The notes beneath the pieces were generated by a model that had not been told where the DNA came from, made no database searches, and saw only the letters and a list, made by a program, of their open reading frames with translations. From positions 6,081 through 70,080 of the IMG/VR virus record IMGVR_UViG_3300010885_010784: DNA of 64,000 nt; one strand, 5' to 3'. Positions 42,790-54,800 of the stretch are shown here, piece by piece (the stretch's first letter is position 1; every line of letters starts with the position of its first letter). Both the position numbers and the translations under genes were made by a program. Source of the stretch: a virus.

Positions 42790-43332
42790 CTATATTATAC
42801 CACTCTCGTCGGTTGATGATGTGATAAACTCTACCTCAACCTCTTCGTCAATAGGGAGGTTGTTTAGTTCAATGTGTATGTTTTCATAAGTATCGTCAAA
42901 GTAGACGTTTTTTTCTAAGAATGTTTTTGTTAACTCTGGGTCCGCTGGGTTTCCAAAATAATACCCAAGAAATTCTGGGGCAGAACTTATGGTGCTAGGC
43001 AAATAACTTTTTAGAGATATTTCAAATTGACTAAAAATTGCGTCTGTACTATCTGCCTGTTTTTCGTTGGTCTTCGTGTTAGTGTAGTATAGTATCTCGT
43101 TAGCATTTGATATTAGGCTATTGCCTTCTTGTAGAATAATTCCCGAACTACCGCCGTTAATAAACTCATTACCGCCAATGCCGTCAAACACTGCACCTGT
43201 CATATAGTCTACTGGAACAGTTCCTGTATCAATAAACAAATTTGATGTTGCAATTTTTATTTGCTCAATTTGTTTACCATTTCTATTGTATCCAGTATAT
43301 TCTGTAACTACTGGCTTTGCACCTTTACCCAT
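42790..43332 (-). CDS. minor tail protein
   Basis: 180 aa between tail genes. Confidence 0.7.
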   Translation of the reverse strand: MGKGAKPVVTEYTGYNRNGKQIEQIKIATSNLFIDTGTVPVDYMTGAVFDGIGGNEFINGGSSGIILQEGNSLISNANEILYYTNTKTNEKQADSTDAIFSQFEISLKSYLPSTISSAPEFLGYYFGNPADPELTKTFLEKNVYFDDTYENIHIELNNLPIDEEVEVEFITSSTDESGII

Positions 43333-46300
43333 TACACAACCTCGCTTAAATATAATTTCATTTCTGGACCGTTACCGCTTCTACTATATGTAATATGATA
43401 CACTACAAATCGTGCAGTTGAATTTTGAAGAACATTGTCTATGTTGTAATCAATTGTTACAATGTCTCCTAGTTGAATCATTGGATTGGCAAAGATTGTA
43501 ACACCAACAGATTTTTTAGGACGCATTACTTTATTTACCATCCAAGTCATTAGGCTGTTTGCAGTATCTATGTTTTGAATAAAGTTTCCTGTTAGGGTAA
43601 AATCTTTTTTGCCATAAGTATTTCTACTATTTTGAATATCCATATACTTGTTATTTAAATCAGTATAGTTGGAATAGTTGTCAAGGTCGCTGTTCTTTTG
43701 AAAGTATTCGTCTACCGTAAGGTCGTGGGCTGATTGCTGAGTAAATGTTACGCCCTGAATTCTTAAATAGTTTCCTGTTGATTCGTCTAGGTTTAACGCA
43801 AAGTCTGTAGCATTAAAGATTAAAAATTCTGCACCATATGGGTTTGACCTAAAGTTAGAGACAACATATCCCTGAGAGTCATTAAATGTTGGAGAAATTT
43901 TTGAGTACAATGCAGGGAATGCTTTGTCATATCTAATATTAAAGTATGCACACTCACGCATAATAGTTCCAAACTCTTCAAAGTATAGGCTGTATGACGG
44001 TGTTTGTGAACTACCAACTCCTTTAAGGTATGTATCTAATACTGCAGGATTAACTAGATACTTGCGATAGTTTTCATTATCTAGTTTGTCTTCATTAAAC
44101 ACACTCTTTTTTGATACTGGAGAATTTGGGTTAGGAGACCTATCTCCAATTGCAAACACATGCTCAAACAAACATAAGCCACTACCACGAACAAATAGTG
44201 CCATGTTTTTATTAGTAGTATTAACTGGAATAGCATCGTCGTCTTGAACAGTTGCTATCAATTTACCGTTAATGTATAAGTAAAATTTTCTGCTATAATA
44301 CCCATCATATTTGGGTGCAAGTTCTTCTGTTTCAACCAATAGGTCGTACACTGTTGGTGTCTTTGTACTCATTGATTTAGACATACCTATAAATTGACCA
44401 TCATCTACAAGAATTGGTGCATTGCCACTCCAAAGAACAACTGGCACACCCTGCTTAGTGTTTGCTCCTTTTAAATTTTTGTAAAAATAAACATTTGGAA
44501 TTCCTTCAATTGTTGTATCTTTGTCTGTACTATTAACAATAGCATCGCTTGTTAATGCATCAATCTCAAAAAAGTATCCTATGTTTTTATTAGTATCTAC
44601 ATCTAGATTAAAGGCAATTCCTCCACCTGTACCAGCAATTTCATAGCCATTGTTGGAGAACAATACTTCTCCACCAACAGGAATTTGCTTGGCTTCATTT
44701 ACTGCTGCGGTAGTTGGCAGTGGTTTTCCAACAATTCTCATTCGTGTTCCAAAAGAATAAGCACTTGGAAGTTCTGTTCCATAATCTTTATATACATAGG
44801 AAACAGCATTAGATGATTGTGTGACTGAGGCAAACTCTGAAGGTCCTTGAATAGACAAAGCAGAACTTTTAATTGCAGCGTTAGCCTTAGTTTTATCTGC
44901 TGTGGTTGTTGTGTCTGACTCTGTGTATGATGATGTGTCAAAGAAGTCTTTTGATGTTCCAGTTACAGTTGGTTTTTCTGTCATAAATCCAATAGAGTCT
45001 AGGCTTGAATCATACTCAATCATTCCTAGTGGCTCTACAATGTTGGTTGTTGCATAAACAATTCCGCCCGAGGTCATGTTAGCATTTAAGTTTTTTGTTA
45101 AGGTTATTGTTGTGCTGGTAAGTGATTTAATCTTAGTTCCTTCAACAATAGCACTATTTAGTGCACGGTCGTAATACAGTGGGGCTACTGTTCCGTTAAC
45201 GGTTATTGTTCCAGAAGCACTATTTTTATTTTTTACTGTAAAGGTGTTTGTAGTTTTGCTAAGAACCGTATAAATTCCACGATACGTTGTTGGAACTACT
45301 AGTTCAATTCTAACCACCTGACCTGGCAGCAAACCATGTGCTGAAGAAGTAAAGGTCATATTACCAGATGCAAAAGTTGGCGTAGCGGTAATTGTTTTTG
45401 TGTATGGGGAATATGGATAAAATATTAGTCCTTCTTTTAACCCTTCTGTATTTGCGGTTATAGTGTCTGTGCCGCTTGTAGCATTAGCATTAAGAGTAAT
45501 CTCGTATAAAGTTTCTTCATACTGATGATTTCCTTGAAATAGCCATTTAGATTGTTGTTTAAATGTTTTGTGTTTGGCTGTATCCAACCATTCGTTATTT
45601 TCATCAAGAACTCCATGATAAACACGAGTGGTTCCAAACTGACCACGACCATGTTTTGCAACTATACCATCAACTACTGCCCCTGTTGTAGAATTATATT
45701 TTGGCTCTGCATAAATTCTAACTCTTCCTGTTGGAAAAATCTTCCCATTAAAAGGCAAGTTTGCAAAATATTTTTGATAATCTTTTATGTCTTCAATCCA
45801 AACATCTCCAATGCCAGATACTGAATGTTCTACTGCATCATATTTAATAATTTCTCCGTTAGCATAGAGATATCCCTTATAGCGAGTAAGCCAATAAATT
45901 GATTGACCAAAATCCATAACGTTTCTTGTTATTACTCCGCTTACTACTGTTGGCAAAGCACCAGTTAGTTCTGAGTTTAGTGCTAGAGCACTTAGAGAAT
46001 ACGCTGACTGATTGCCAACCTCATCGTTGGTAGGTCTTAAAGATTCGGTTCCAGAAACTTCCCACAAAAGAACTGGTTTATATTTGTAAGCCTGACCCTT
46101 GTTAAGCATACCTGCTTCTTGTAAGGTAGAGTAAGACTTTTGAATATATCTATTAGTATATGTAATCTTGCCACCATTGTAAACTTGGTCTTCTTCTGCA
46201 TCAAGGCTGATAATGTTTGACAAAATTGCATTTACATTATCATTTTTAAGAATTCCATTTTGAGTAAAGTCTTTTGTTCCATATAGTGTAAGACTTGTTG

Positions 46301-48227
46301 CTCTTTCTGCTACTGTAGGCATAACATAGTTTCTTGACATAAGGATTAAATTATTGTCTTCGTCAAAAAACATTGAAGTTTGAGTTGACTGGGCTATGTC
46401 ATTTAGTACTTCTGCTACCGTGGTATCTGGTGCTACAAAGAAGTATGGAATCTTGTCTTCAGATTCCCCAGCATTTCTGTAAAACTTGTAATTAGAGAAA
46501 CCAATATTGTCTAGCATAGTTGCTACAGCATAACTAACAGAAACATTTTTAAGCAATAGCGATGGTGCAGTTATTGATTCAAAGTAAAACAATAGGTCTC
46601 TCAGTTTAAGTGTAGCCATTCTGTCTGTTGTACTAACTTCTGGAAAGCCATCTACATACATTGTTTTGATTGGAACAAAATAGTCTGAGAGTGTTGGATA
46701 GGACCTATCGTCAATGATTTGTTCGTAGAATTTAAATTGCAAGTTCTTAGAAGAAATATTTGAAATTAAACTACCAGTGATAGTTCCACTTGATACGGTA
46801 AGGTCATTGTATTCATTAAGCGATTGGTCATAGTCAAATAGTGTAATTGAGCCTGTAGAAGCAAGCAGTTGACCTACTGGAATACCAGTGTTACCAATAT
46901 CTGAAGCAATCTTTTCAATTGAGTATTGCGTTGTTTTATCGGATAAGTCAGCGACTAATCTTGGAGACATCTCAATTAAGTCGAAGGTTGAGCGTGGTTG
47001 GGCGATAGTGTCTACAACTATACGAATACCTTTAATAAATTGAAACTCTCTGTAGGTTGGCGTGTATAGCGTTGTTGCTGTGCCATAAAATTCTGGGGAA
47101 GTTAATTTAGTTACATTAGAAGTTTTAGTAGTTAGACCTTCTTCATTTAGATACCAGCCATAAGTTGGTACAAAAGAGTTTGTTGTCCAGTTAGTTCCAT
47201 TCCAAACATACACAGTTCCAGCGGCAACTCCAGTTGCATCTGGTACAAGGTACGCATCTCCTAATGCACCTGTAACTGGTATGGCATACTGTGATGCATA
47301 CTCACCTAATAGTCTAAATGTTACTGGAGCGTTTGTAATTCCATATGCTAGTTCAACATATCCGTCAGAACCAATTACTCTTTTGCCGCTAGTTCGCACT
47401 GATGCTGGGGTAAAGGTTTGTGCAGTTGTCCAAGTCCCAGAAGTATTTAAGTATTGAATTTTCCAGTTTGTAGGAGTCTTTTGATTAACCAAGTCTCCAG
47501 TATTGGCTGGGTCTTCGTAGAATGGGTCATTGAATGATGTGTTATTGGACTTCTTGTATGGTCCATGATTAACATCTCCAACACCAGTTTGCATTTTAAT
47601 TACAATTCTATTTGCTGGAACTGGGGCTGTGTACACTACAAATGGTGCGGTATCATCAATGTAGTAGTCCCCACTGCCTGGGGTAAGCATTGAGATACCT
47701 CGTTCTTGACCACCATAAGTTGCAGTTTCAATTCTGTATGAATTCCAATACTTAAACTTGTCGTCCTTAGATGCTAGATAAAATCTTGGCTGGCTGTGCA
47801 TATCTGCGTTACCATAGTTTAAATAATTTAAACCAAAATATCTAATCTTGTTAATGCCAGAACGTGGTCTAAATCTTGAAATAGTATCCGTTAGAGAATA
47901 TAACATCTTGTCAGTTTTGTTTACTGTTGCATCAATAGTAGGGTTGCCGTTGCTCAGGTCAATTCCTGTATTTAAGATTACATTAGAATCTGTTGCACCA
48001 TAATAATACTTTGGTGATGATACATCCGTCTCTACTGCCCACGTTGCCTTGATAGTTCCAAAGTTTGCTTCTGTTTGTCCAGATAGCATTGATGGTCGAT
48101 ATCTATAATTACCAAGAGCAAGAATGTTATCTGAGAAGTTCATATTCCATTCAGCGATAACTAGTGATTGTAAATTTACCGTGGATGATTGCTCTATATA
48201 ATCTTTAAGATTAGAGTTCTGATACAT
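43332..48227 (-). CDS. large tail-tip / central fibre protein
   Basis: About 1630 aa; start MYQNSNL coupled to upstream stop; C-terminal NPMIQLGDIVTI hub-type motif. Confidence 0.8.
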   Translation of the reverse strand: MYQNSNLKDYIEQSSTVNLQSLVIAEWNMNFSDNILALGNYRYRPSMLSGQTEANFGTIKATWAVETDVSSPKYYYGATDSNVILNTGIDLSNGNPTIDATVNKTDKMLYSLTDTISRFRPRSGINKIRYFGLNYLNYGNADMHSQPRFYLASKDDKFKYWNSYRIETATYGGQERGISMLTPGSGDYYIDDTAPFVVYTAPVPANRIVIKMQTGVGDVNHGPYKKSNNTSFNDPFYEDPANTGDLVNQKTPTNWKIQYLNTSGTWTTAQTFTPASVRTSGKRVIGSDGYVELAYGITNAPVTFRLLGEYASQYAIPVTGALGDAYLVPDATGVAAGTVYVWNGTNWTTNSFVPTYGWYLNEEGLTTKTSNVTKLTSPEFYGTATTLYTPTYREFQFIKGIRIVVDTIAQPRSTFDLIEMSPRLVADLSDKTTQYSIEKIASDIGNTGIPVGQLLASTGSITLFDYDQSLNEYNDLTVSSGTITGSLISNISSKNLQFKFYEQIIDDRSYPTLSDYFVPIKTMYVDGFPEVSTTDRMATLKLRDLLFYFESITAPSLLLKNVSVSYAVATMLDNIGFSNYKFYRNAGESEDKIPYFFVAPDTTVAEVLNDIAQSTQTSMFFDEDNNLILMSRNYVMPTVAERATSLTLYGTKDFTQNGILKNDNVNAILSNIISLDAEEDQVYNGGKITYTNRYIQKSYSTLQEAGMLNKGQAYKYKPVLLWEVSGTESLRPTNDEVGNQSAYSLSALALNSELTGALPTVVSGVITRNVMDFGQSIYWLTRYKGYLYANGEIIKYDAVEHSVSGIGDVWIEDIKDYQKYFANLPFNGKIFPTGRVRIYAEPKYNSTTGAVVDGIVAKHGRGQFGTTRVYHGVLDENNEWLDTAKHKTFKQQSKWLFQGNHQYEETLYEITLNANATSGTDTITANTEGLKEGLIFYPYSPYTKTITATPTFASGNMTFTSSAHGLLPGQVVRIELVVPTTYRGIYTVLSKTTNTFTVKNKNSASGTITVNGTVAPLYYDRALNSAIVEGTKIKSLTSTTITLTKNLNANMTSGGIVYATTNIVEPLGMIEYDSSLDSIGFMTEKPTVTGTSKDFFDTSSYTESDTTTTADKTKANAAIKSSALSIQGPSEFASVTQSSNAVSYVYKDYGTELPSAYSFGTRMRIVGKPLPTTAAVNEAKQIPVGGEVLFSNNGYEIAGTGGGIAFNLDVDTNKNIGYFFEIDALTSDAIVNSTDKDTTIEGIPNVYFYKNLKGANTKQGVPVVLWSGNAPILVDDGQFIGMSKSMSTKTPTVYDLLVETEELAPKYDGYYSRKFYLYINGKLIATVQDDDAIPVNTTNKNMALFVRGSGLCLFEHVFAIGDRSPNPNSPVSKKSVFNEDKLDNENYRKYLVNPAVLDTYLKGVGSSQTPSYSLYFEEFGTIMRECAYFNIRYDKAFPALYSKISPTFNDSQGYVVSNFRSNPYGAEFLIFNATDFALNLDESTGNYLRIQGVTFTQQSAHDLTVDEYFQKNSDLDNYSNYTDLNNKYMDIQNSRNTYGKKDFTLTGNFIQNIDTANSLMTWMVNKVMRPKKSVGVTIFANPMIQLGDIVTIDYNIDNVLQNSTARFVVYHITYSRSGNGPEMKLYLSEVV

Positions 48228-48835
48228 TATACCTCTTCCAGCGTAACAGAAATATTCCACAAATCGTGGTTAGCCCCACCACGCTTTACTACTGTGTAAT
48301 CAAAACTAGAAATAAACATTTCAATTACCTCGTTGTATTCAGCAAGGTGTGCATATTGACCAGACTCAGCAAAGTTACCCTTTTTATCATACGCTAAAAA
48401 GACATAAAACGAGCCTGTGTGGTTTTGATACCAGTCAAGTAGTTCATTGCCACCAGCACCCCCATCAACTGTATACCTAGTTCCTACTCCTGTTACTGCA
48501 CCTGTAGTTGTGTTAAACTGTGGGTCTAGACTAAACGCTCTAGATGGAAGCATGTCCCAAGAAGTACTGATAGTCATTTTATCAGCAACGTGGTATGAAC
48601 GCATACGACCATTAATCATACGCTCTCGTTTTTCAATACGTTCTGGTTTGAATGAAATATCTTTTCTGTTGTGGTCAGATAGAACTATAAAGTCGTCTCC
48701 TGCAGTAACAGCATTAACCTCGTAGCCATCTGGGACTAGAAATCCACCAGAAGTAATTGGAGGTAGGTCTGACCACATCATTGCCTGTGGTCTTCTATAT
48801 GTCTTCCTACCAGCGAGGTATGTACTTGTAGCCAT
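48227..48835 (-). CDS. distal tail (Dit-like) protein
   Basis: Directly follows TMP; RMINGRMRSY..ADK, WNISVTLEEV. Confidence 0.7.
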   Translation of the reverse strand: MATSTYLAGRKTYRRPQAMMWSDLPPITSGGFLVPDGYEVNAVTAGDDFIVLSDHNRKDISFKPERIEKRERMINGRMRSYHVADKMTISTSWDMLPSRAFSLDPQFNTTTGAVTGVGTRYTVDGGAGGNELLDWYQNHTGSFYVFLAYDKKGNFAESGQYAHLAEYNEVIEMFISSFDYTVVKRGGANHDLWNISVTLEEV

Positions 48836-51800
48836 TAAATAGCACTGCTCCTAATTCGTCTTGAGTCAATACGCTTAATCTCTCTTAGCACTGAATCTGC
48901 AATATCGCTGGCATCTGAAGAGTTAGCATTGACTGTAATACTATAATTATACACTGATTCTCCACCTCGTGCTCCATTATTCATGGACTGTAGTTTGCCA
49001 GCACCAATTGAATCTACTGCTGACTTTCTCATAACAAATTCTCCTGGGGTAAGCATAGCAGGAATAGTGTCTGTTCCAAGTGCATACTTGCTCTTTGCAA
49101 TGTGCATACCATTTTGAGCATAAACCATACCACCTTGAGCAAAACGTTTTCCAACGTAAAACTCTGTCATTTCTTGGGTGTAGCCTTTTTGAGCCAAAGC
49201 CTGGTCAACCGCAGAGATGTTTCTTGCAATTCCCTGAACGTTTGCTATAGCAGCAGCAACAGGTGCGTACAACGCATTATAAATTTTAATTGAACCCTTA
49301 TCGTCAGTTGCCTTACTTCCTATCCATCTGTCTCCGTCTTTTGACAATTGAGATTTTGCCGAAGACTCAAAAGTTGTTTTTGCAGTTGCTAGTTCTGCGT
49401 TTGCTGTTTTCTTTTGTTCATTAAAAGTTTTAAGTAGTTCTAGTGCTTGTTGAACTTCCACTGGCTGTTTATTAAAGGCTGTTGTCTTTTTTTCTTCAGC
49501 AAGTGCGTCAAAATTTGTAACAAGTGCTTCTGCAGCCTTGTACTCTTCTACATATGCATCGTATGCAGCCAAGTCCTTTGGTGCTATTGAACTTCTTTGT
49601 TTAAGGGTGTATCCTGTGCCACCTCTACCTGCATACGCTTGAGTAAATTTTCCAGAAGAACCTGCCTTAAGTGTGCTAAAAGCATTTTTTGCAGCAATTT
49701 TATCTTTTGCTATATTTCCAGCAGTTAGGCTGGTCAAACTTTTTATTGCTACACCTAATGTTTTTCCTGTTCCTCCGCCGCCGAACTTTCCAATTTTTGC
49801 CAATCCAGCAACGGCTTGTCCAGCCGTGACAGGTGCACCAGTGTCTTTAGTGTCTTTAGTATCCTTGGTGTCCTTAGTATCCTTTACTCCAGTGCCAGAA
49901 ACACTTGGATTATAAGGCTTTACAAGAGCAAGAGCCTTGCCATCTTTAAGGATACTAGCCATGTGCTTTGCAGACTTAAGTGCATTTTGCTGAATATTTG
50001 CTTGATATTGTTCTTCTTTTAGTTTGTACCCTGCAATCTTTTCAGCGTTGCTTTCAAGAATTGCTTCTAGTTTTGTACGGTCAGTAAGAACACCGTTAAT
50101 TCTAACCTCAACACCCTCAAGTTCAATCTTTCTAGCATTTTCAATACTTGTCTTAGCATCATCTAGTGCTTGCTTCTGGTCGTTTTGTTTAGCCTGAAGT
50201 GCAGCCTTAGCAGCAGCAGCGATGTCACCCTTTGACAAAGCATCTGCAAGTGTCATTGTGTCTTGTTGCTGTTGGTTATTCTTTTCTCGAATCTTTCCAA
50301 TTTCATCAAGTGCTTTTGCACGAGCATTATACTTATCGTTAATCTTTTTTTCTTTAGTAGCAATAACATCAAGACCAGCCTGATACAATTCGTTATCTTT
50401 TGCTAGTCTTTCTGCAGGAGTTGCAAGAACATAGGTAAGACCAATTTCGCTGGCATCCTTAATTTCTTTCAACTTCTTTAGAAGTGCTCCAGCATTAGCC
50501 CTTAACTTACCAGTTTTCTTGTCAATAATTCTATTCTGCTCTTCTTCAGTGCCGTTCATAAAGTCTCTAATGATTTCTGCATCTGCACCCTGGGCTTTCA
50601 TCAATACTGCGATACCGCCCATTTGCTTGACCGCTGCACTTCCATATTTCATAATTGCCTTGTATGATGCATCCCAACCAACGGTAAGTTTTTGCTGCCA
50701 GTTGTTTGCTTCACGAAGCATTTTTACATATGGGTCAAGGATTGATGGGTCTGGACCTTGCTTTGTTGATGTATCCTGTGCAGAACCTGGACCAGTAGTG
50801 TTGTCAACGCCAAACGAGGTGACAGTTCTATCTGCTTGGTATGCCGCATAATCAGCAAATGTAAGAGTCTTATTGCCCTGCTCGCTTTGCCAGACTTTAA
50901 ATGCAGCCATCATATCCTTGTCGCCCTTCATGGCAAGAATTTGTTGAAGTTCCGTCATAAACACTACTTTGTTTGCTTTATTGTATTTATTAAAGGTTGC
51001 AAATTTAGACTTTAGTGCTGCAATACCGTCTTTACTTCCTTCTAAGAATTTGCTGGCTATGCCAATGGTGATGGTTTTTTCTTTCTTAAGGTTTTCAATA
51101 TTTTCATTAAACTTAATCATCTTGTCTTCATTTTGAATTGAGAAGTTTATGATTGCTTCACTTGCCTTACCTTTGAAAACTCCTCTTGTTTTATTTGCAA
51201 GTTCTAGAGCATTGTTAGTTTGCATTAGTTTTGCAGGGTCCATTGTTGAGGCTTCAGTCAAATATTTTTCTTTAAGTTTTGTATCTGTAATATTGGATGA
51301 AAGACCTAGTGCACGGTTGGCTTCTACTGGACTATTTGTAAGTAGATTGGCAAGGTTTGCCATTCCTTCTGCAGAGCCACCAAATACCTGTGCAGCGGTG
51401 TTTGCCTGATTAATTCCAAGTTGTTTAGTTGCTATTGCAGACTTAACAAAGTTTTCTTGTCCTTGCGTTCCAGCAGAATTGTCAATTGCCTCTCTTGCTA
51501 GTTTGGCTTGAGTCTCTAATCCAGTTCCCTTATACGCTTCCTCAATAGACTTATTTAGTTCATCACTAGTTGCTACTTGAGTATTAAATAGAATTCCCCA
51601 ACCAGTGCTTTGGTCTTCAAGAGTTTTCAATAGTTCTTGATTAGTCTTTTTGTTTGACTCTAGCAGTTCACCTTGGTCAATTAGGTACTGATTCTCAAGT
51701 TTTGTAGCCTCAGCAATATCTCCAGCAGCACGAGCACTAGCAATTCTTTTCTCATAAGATAACTGCAATGAGTCAACCATCTGTTGCTCAACCTCTAGAG

Positions 51801-54800
51801 TATTTTGAATAGATTCAGAAAGTGCTGCAGCCTGTTTTGTAATTTGTTCTTGGTACATGACACCTGCAATAACCATTCCAGTAAGAGCACCAGCAATAGT
51901 TCCAATAATTGGAACTGCGGAACCTGCTGCTGCAAGACCTCCAATAATTGTTCCAGTTGATGCAATTGCAAGTCCAGCGTTGGCGGCTAAAGTTGCAAGT
52001 CCTAGAACTGCACCACCAGCGGCTAGTCCTGCACCTGCACCAGCAACGCCACCTACAACCTCACGACCAGCCTGAGTACCATTGTTTGCTTCTGCTCCAG
52101 TCTGAGCCATTGCAGCGGCATTGCCTCTAACTTGTTCCATAGAAGATTCAATAATTTTCATTCTAACTTCTAGTGGGTCCTTGGCTAGGTTTTCACCATT
52201 AGGACCCATAATGTCTGTAAGGCTTGCAGATACATTAAGACCAAAGTTCATATCTCCAAGTTCTGTACCCAAGTTTGCTGCAATGCTTCTTGCTTGAGCA
52301 GGGTTCATTACACCAGTAGCAATTGCTTCTGACAACTGGTTAGTGATTAGTTTTTGTGCGTTCTCAATTCCGCCACCCTTAGAAATTTCAGTATCAACAG
52401 ACTTAACGAGTTCTTTACCTGCGTCTGTCTTCATGTAAGACTCACCGAATGTTGTTTTACCCTGAACAATATTAAAGAACTGACCACCGCTTGTTTCACG
52501 GCGTTTGTCCATAGCCTCAGTACCAGTTACCTTCTTAGAGAACTCTGCAAACTTTGCCATTGCTTCATTGCTAGTGCCCATCTTCTTTTCTAGGTCAGAT
52601 GATTCCTTGGCTAGTTTATTAAGGTGTTCATTGATTTGGAATGCTGCAACACCAATAGCAGCAAATCCTGCTACCACCAATCCAGCAGGACCAGGAATAA
52701 GAGACATTGCCGTAGTGGCTGCACCGATTGGACCCATTGCTGCTTGAGCAGCCTCGCCAACCTTTCCTGGAATAGTTGACGCTAGACCAGCGACAGTTGT
52801 AAGGGCATACATTGCAGACTGTACTTTACCAGTTACTTCATTTCTAGTAAACGCACTAGAAACTTTTCCAGCAAACCCCTTGCCCTCAAGTCGTTTGTCA
52901 AACTTAGCCTTTTCTTCCTTTGACATTTGGTCGTAACCAGCATTAACTCTCTTTTGGTTGTCTGCAAGTCTCTTGTTTTCTATTTCTTCTTGTTTTGCTC
53001 TTTCTTGTTCTTGTTTAATCTGTTTGCGAATTTCTTTATCAGTTAACTTAGTTTCTTTAGTAACCTCAACAACACCATCTGCTGCTTTACTAACTTTTTC
53101 TGCTGCTGTAGTTTGCAACTGTGATAGTCTTTGTGCTTCTGCATCTTTCTTTTTACTTAAATCATCCATTACCTTGACTGGAAGTGGGCGACCTTCGTTG
53201 TAGGAATCTCCAATATAGCCACCACCATCGTAACCAATAATTCCACCATTAGCGTATCCTGGCAAATTACCAGAAATCATTCCTTGGATTAGTCCACGGT
53301 GTTTACCTGCTTGTTTAGCAGGAATTACAGCCTCACCTGGAGAAAGCATAGCAGGAACTACATCGCCAGCACCCTTTGGTCCTGGAACTGAGAATACTCC
53401 ACCAGCATATCCAGGAATGAATCCACCCTTAGCAAGTTTCATCATTAGAACTTCAATAATTTTTGGTATACCGCCAGAAATGCTAGTAATCTTACCCTTT
53501 AGTCCTGGAGGAAGTACACCCTCTGACTGGAATGGATATTCTGCACCAGCCTTTTCTCCAAATGCTTGTTTTTTGTAATCTGGATTGTATGTATTGTGAT
53601 TCATAATTCCTGGCATATCGTAGCCAGCAACAAGTTTTAGAATAGTATTAACAGCACGTTCTCTATTTCCAGTGTTAAGTTTTCCTGCTGCTGTCATTCC
53701 AATTGCTTGCAGTTCAGACTGTGATGCAATGGAAGAGAATCTGTTACCAAGTTCAATGATATCGCCAACCTTCTTTGTGGCTAGTTCTTCATTTTGTCTA
53801 ATGGTAGGTACACGGAACATTTGGTTGCCTTTACCAATTGTAGATTTTGCAACCAAACTTGCCAGAGCATCTCCATGCTGAATTTGAGCAAGAGGTGAAT
53901 TTTGAATAAATGCAACTTGTGCATCCTTTTCTGCCTGAGTTGGCATAGCAGAGAATCCTTGTGGAAGAACTCCTGCTGTTCCATCGGCAAGTTTGAGTGG
54001 ATTGTAAGCAGGAATACCAAGAAGACTAATAGCACCACGAGTAGCATCCATATCATCATAGAACTCTTCGATGTCGTAATACTTCATAAACTTAGAAGTC
54101 TTGTCATACTTCATTTGTTCTGGTTTGCGGTAATCCTTATCTCTTCTTGAAATAAGTTTTACACCGTTCATGTCAATGCCAAGTTTTTTCAAAGTTTCTA
54201 GAGTGTGTGGGTCATATGATTCTGGACGAGCGGTCATAAGAAGAATCTTGTTGCCACGAGCCTGAGCAGCCTTTAGTCTTTCAATCGCTGCTGGGATGCC
54301 CTTCGGGTCTTTAGCAGCCTCTTTGTACCACTTCTTCTTTTGTCCTTCTGGAAGTTTGTCATTCTCTGCTTTATGCTTTTCCATGAATGATGATAGGTCA
54401 AGAAGTGTGTCGTCGATATCAAATACAGATGCTTTTGGCTTTACCCCTGTTTTGACAAATCCTCCGTCTGCCATTTTTTTAATCATTCCATATTTAATTA
54501 ATGACTGCATATCTGTAATAGAAACGTCTGGACCAAATCCAGTCTTTGGACTATCGTATGAAAGGAATTTACTTTGGCTGTCGCTCATAAATCCTGCTTC
54601 AAGACTATTTCCACGAAGTTTTAGTCCTGCTGGTATTGGTGGCATTGCGCCAGAAGCAATCCAAGAATCACGGAGAGCAATCTGTTGTTTACGCAAAGCG
54701 TCGCCACCATTCTTAGAACTTCCTTCAAGATTAAATCTTGCACTTCTTAATTTTGCATTTGCTCCTGTTGGAGAAAATAGCATTCCATCTTTATGGAACT

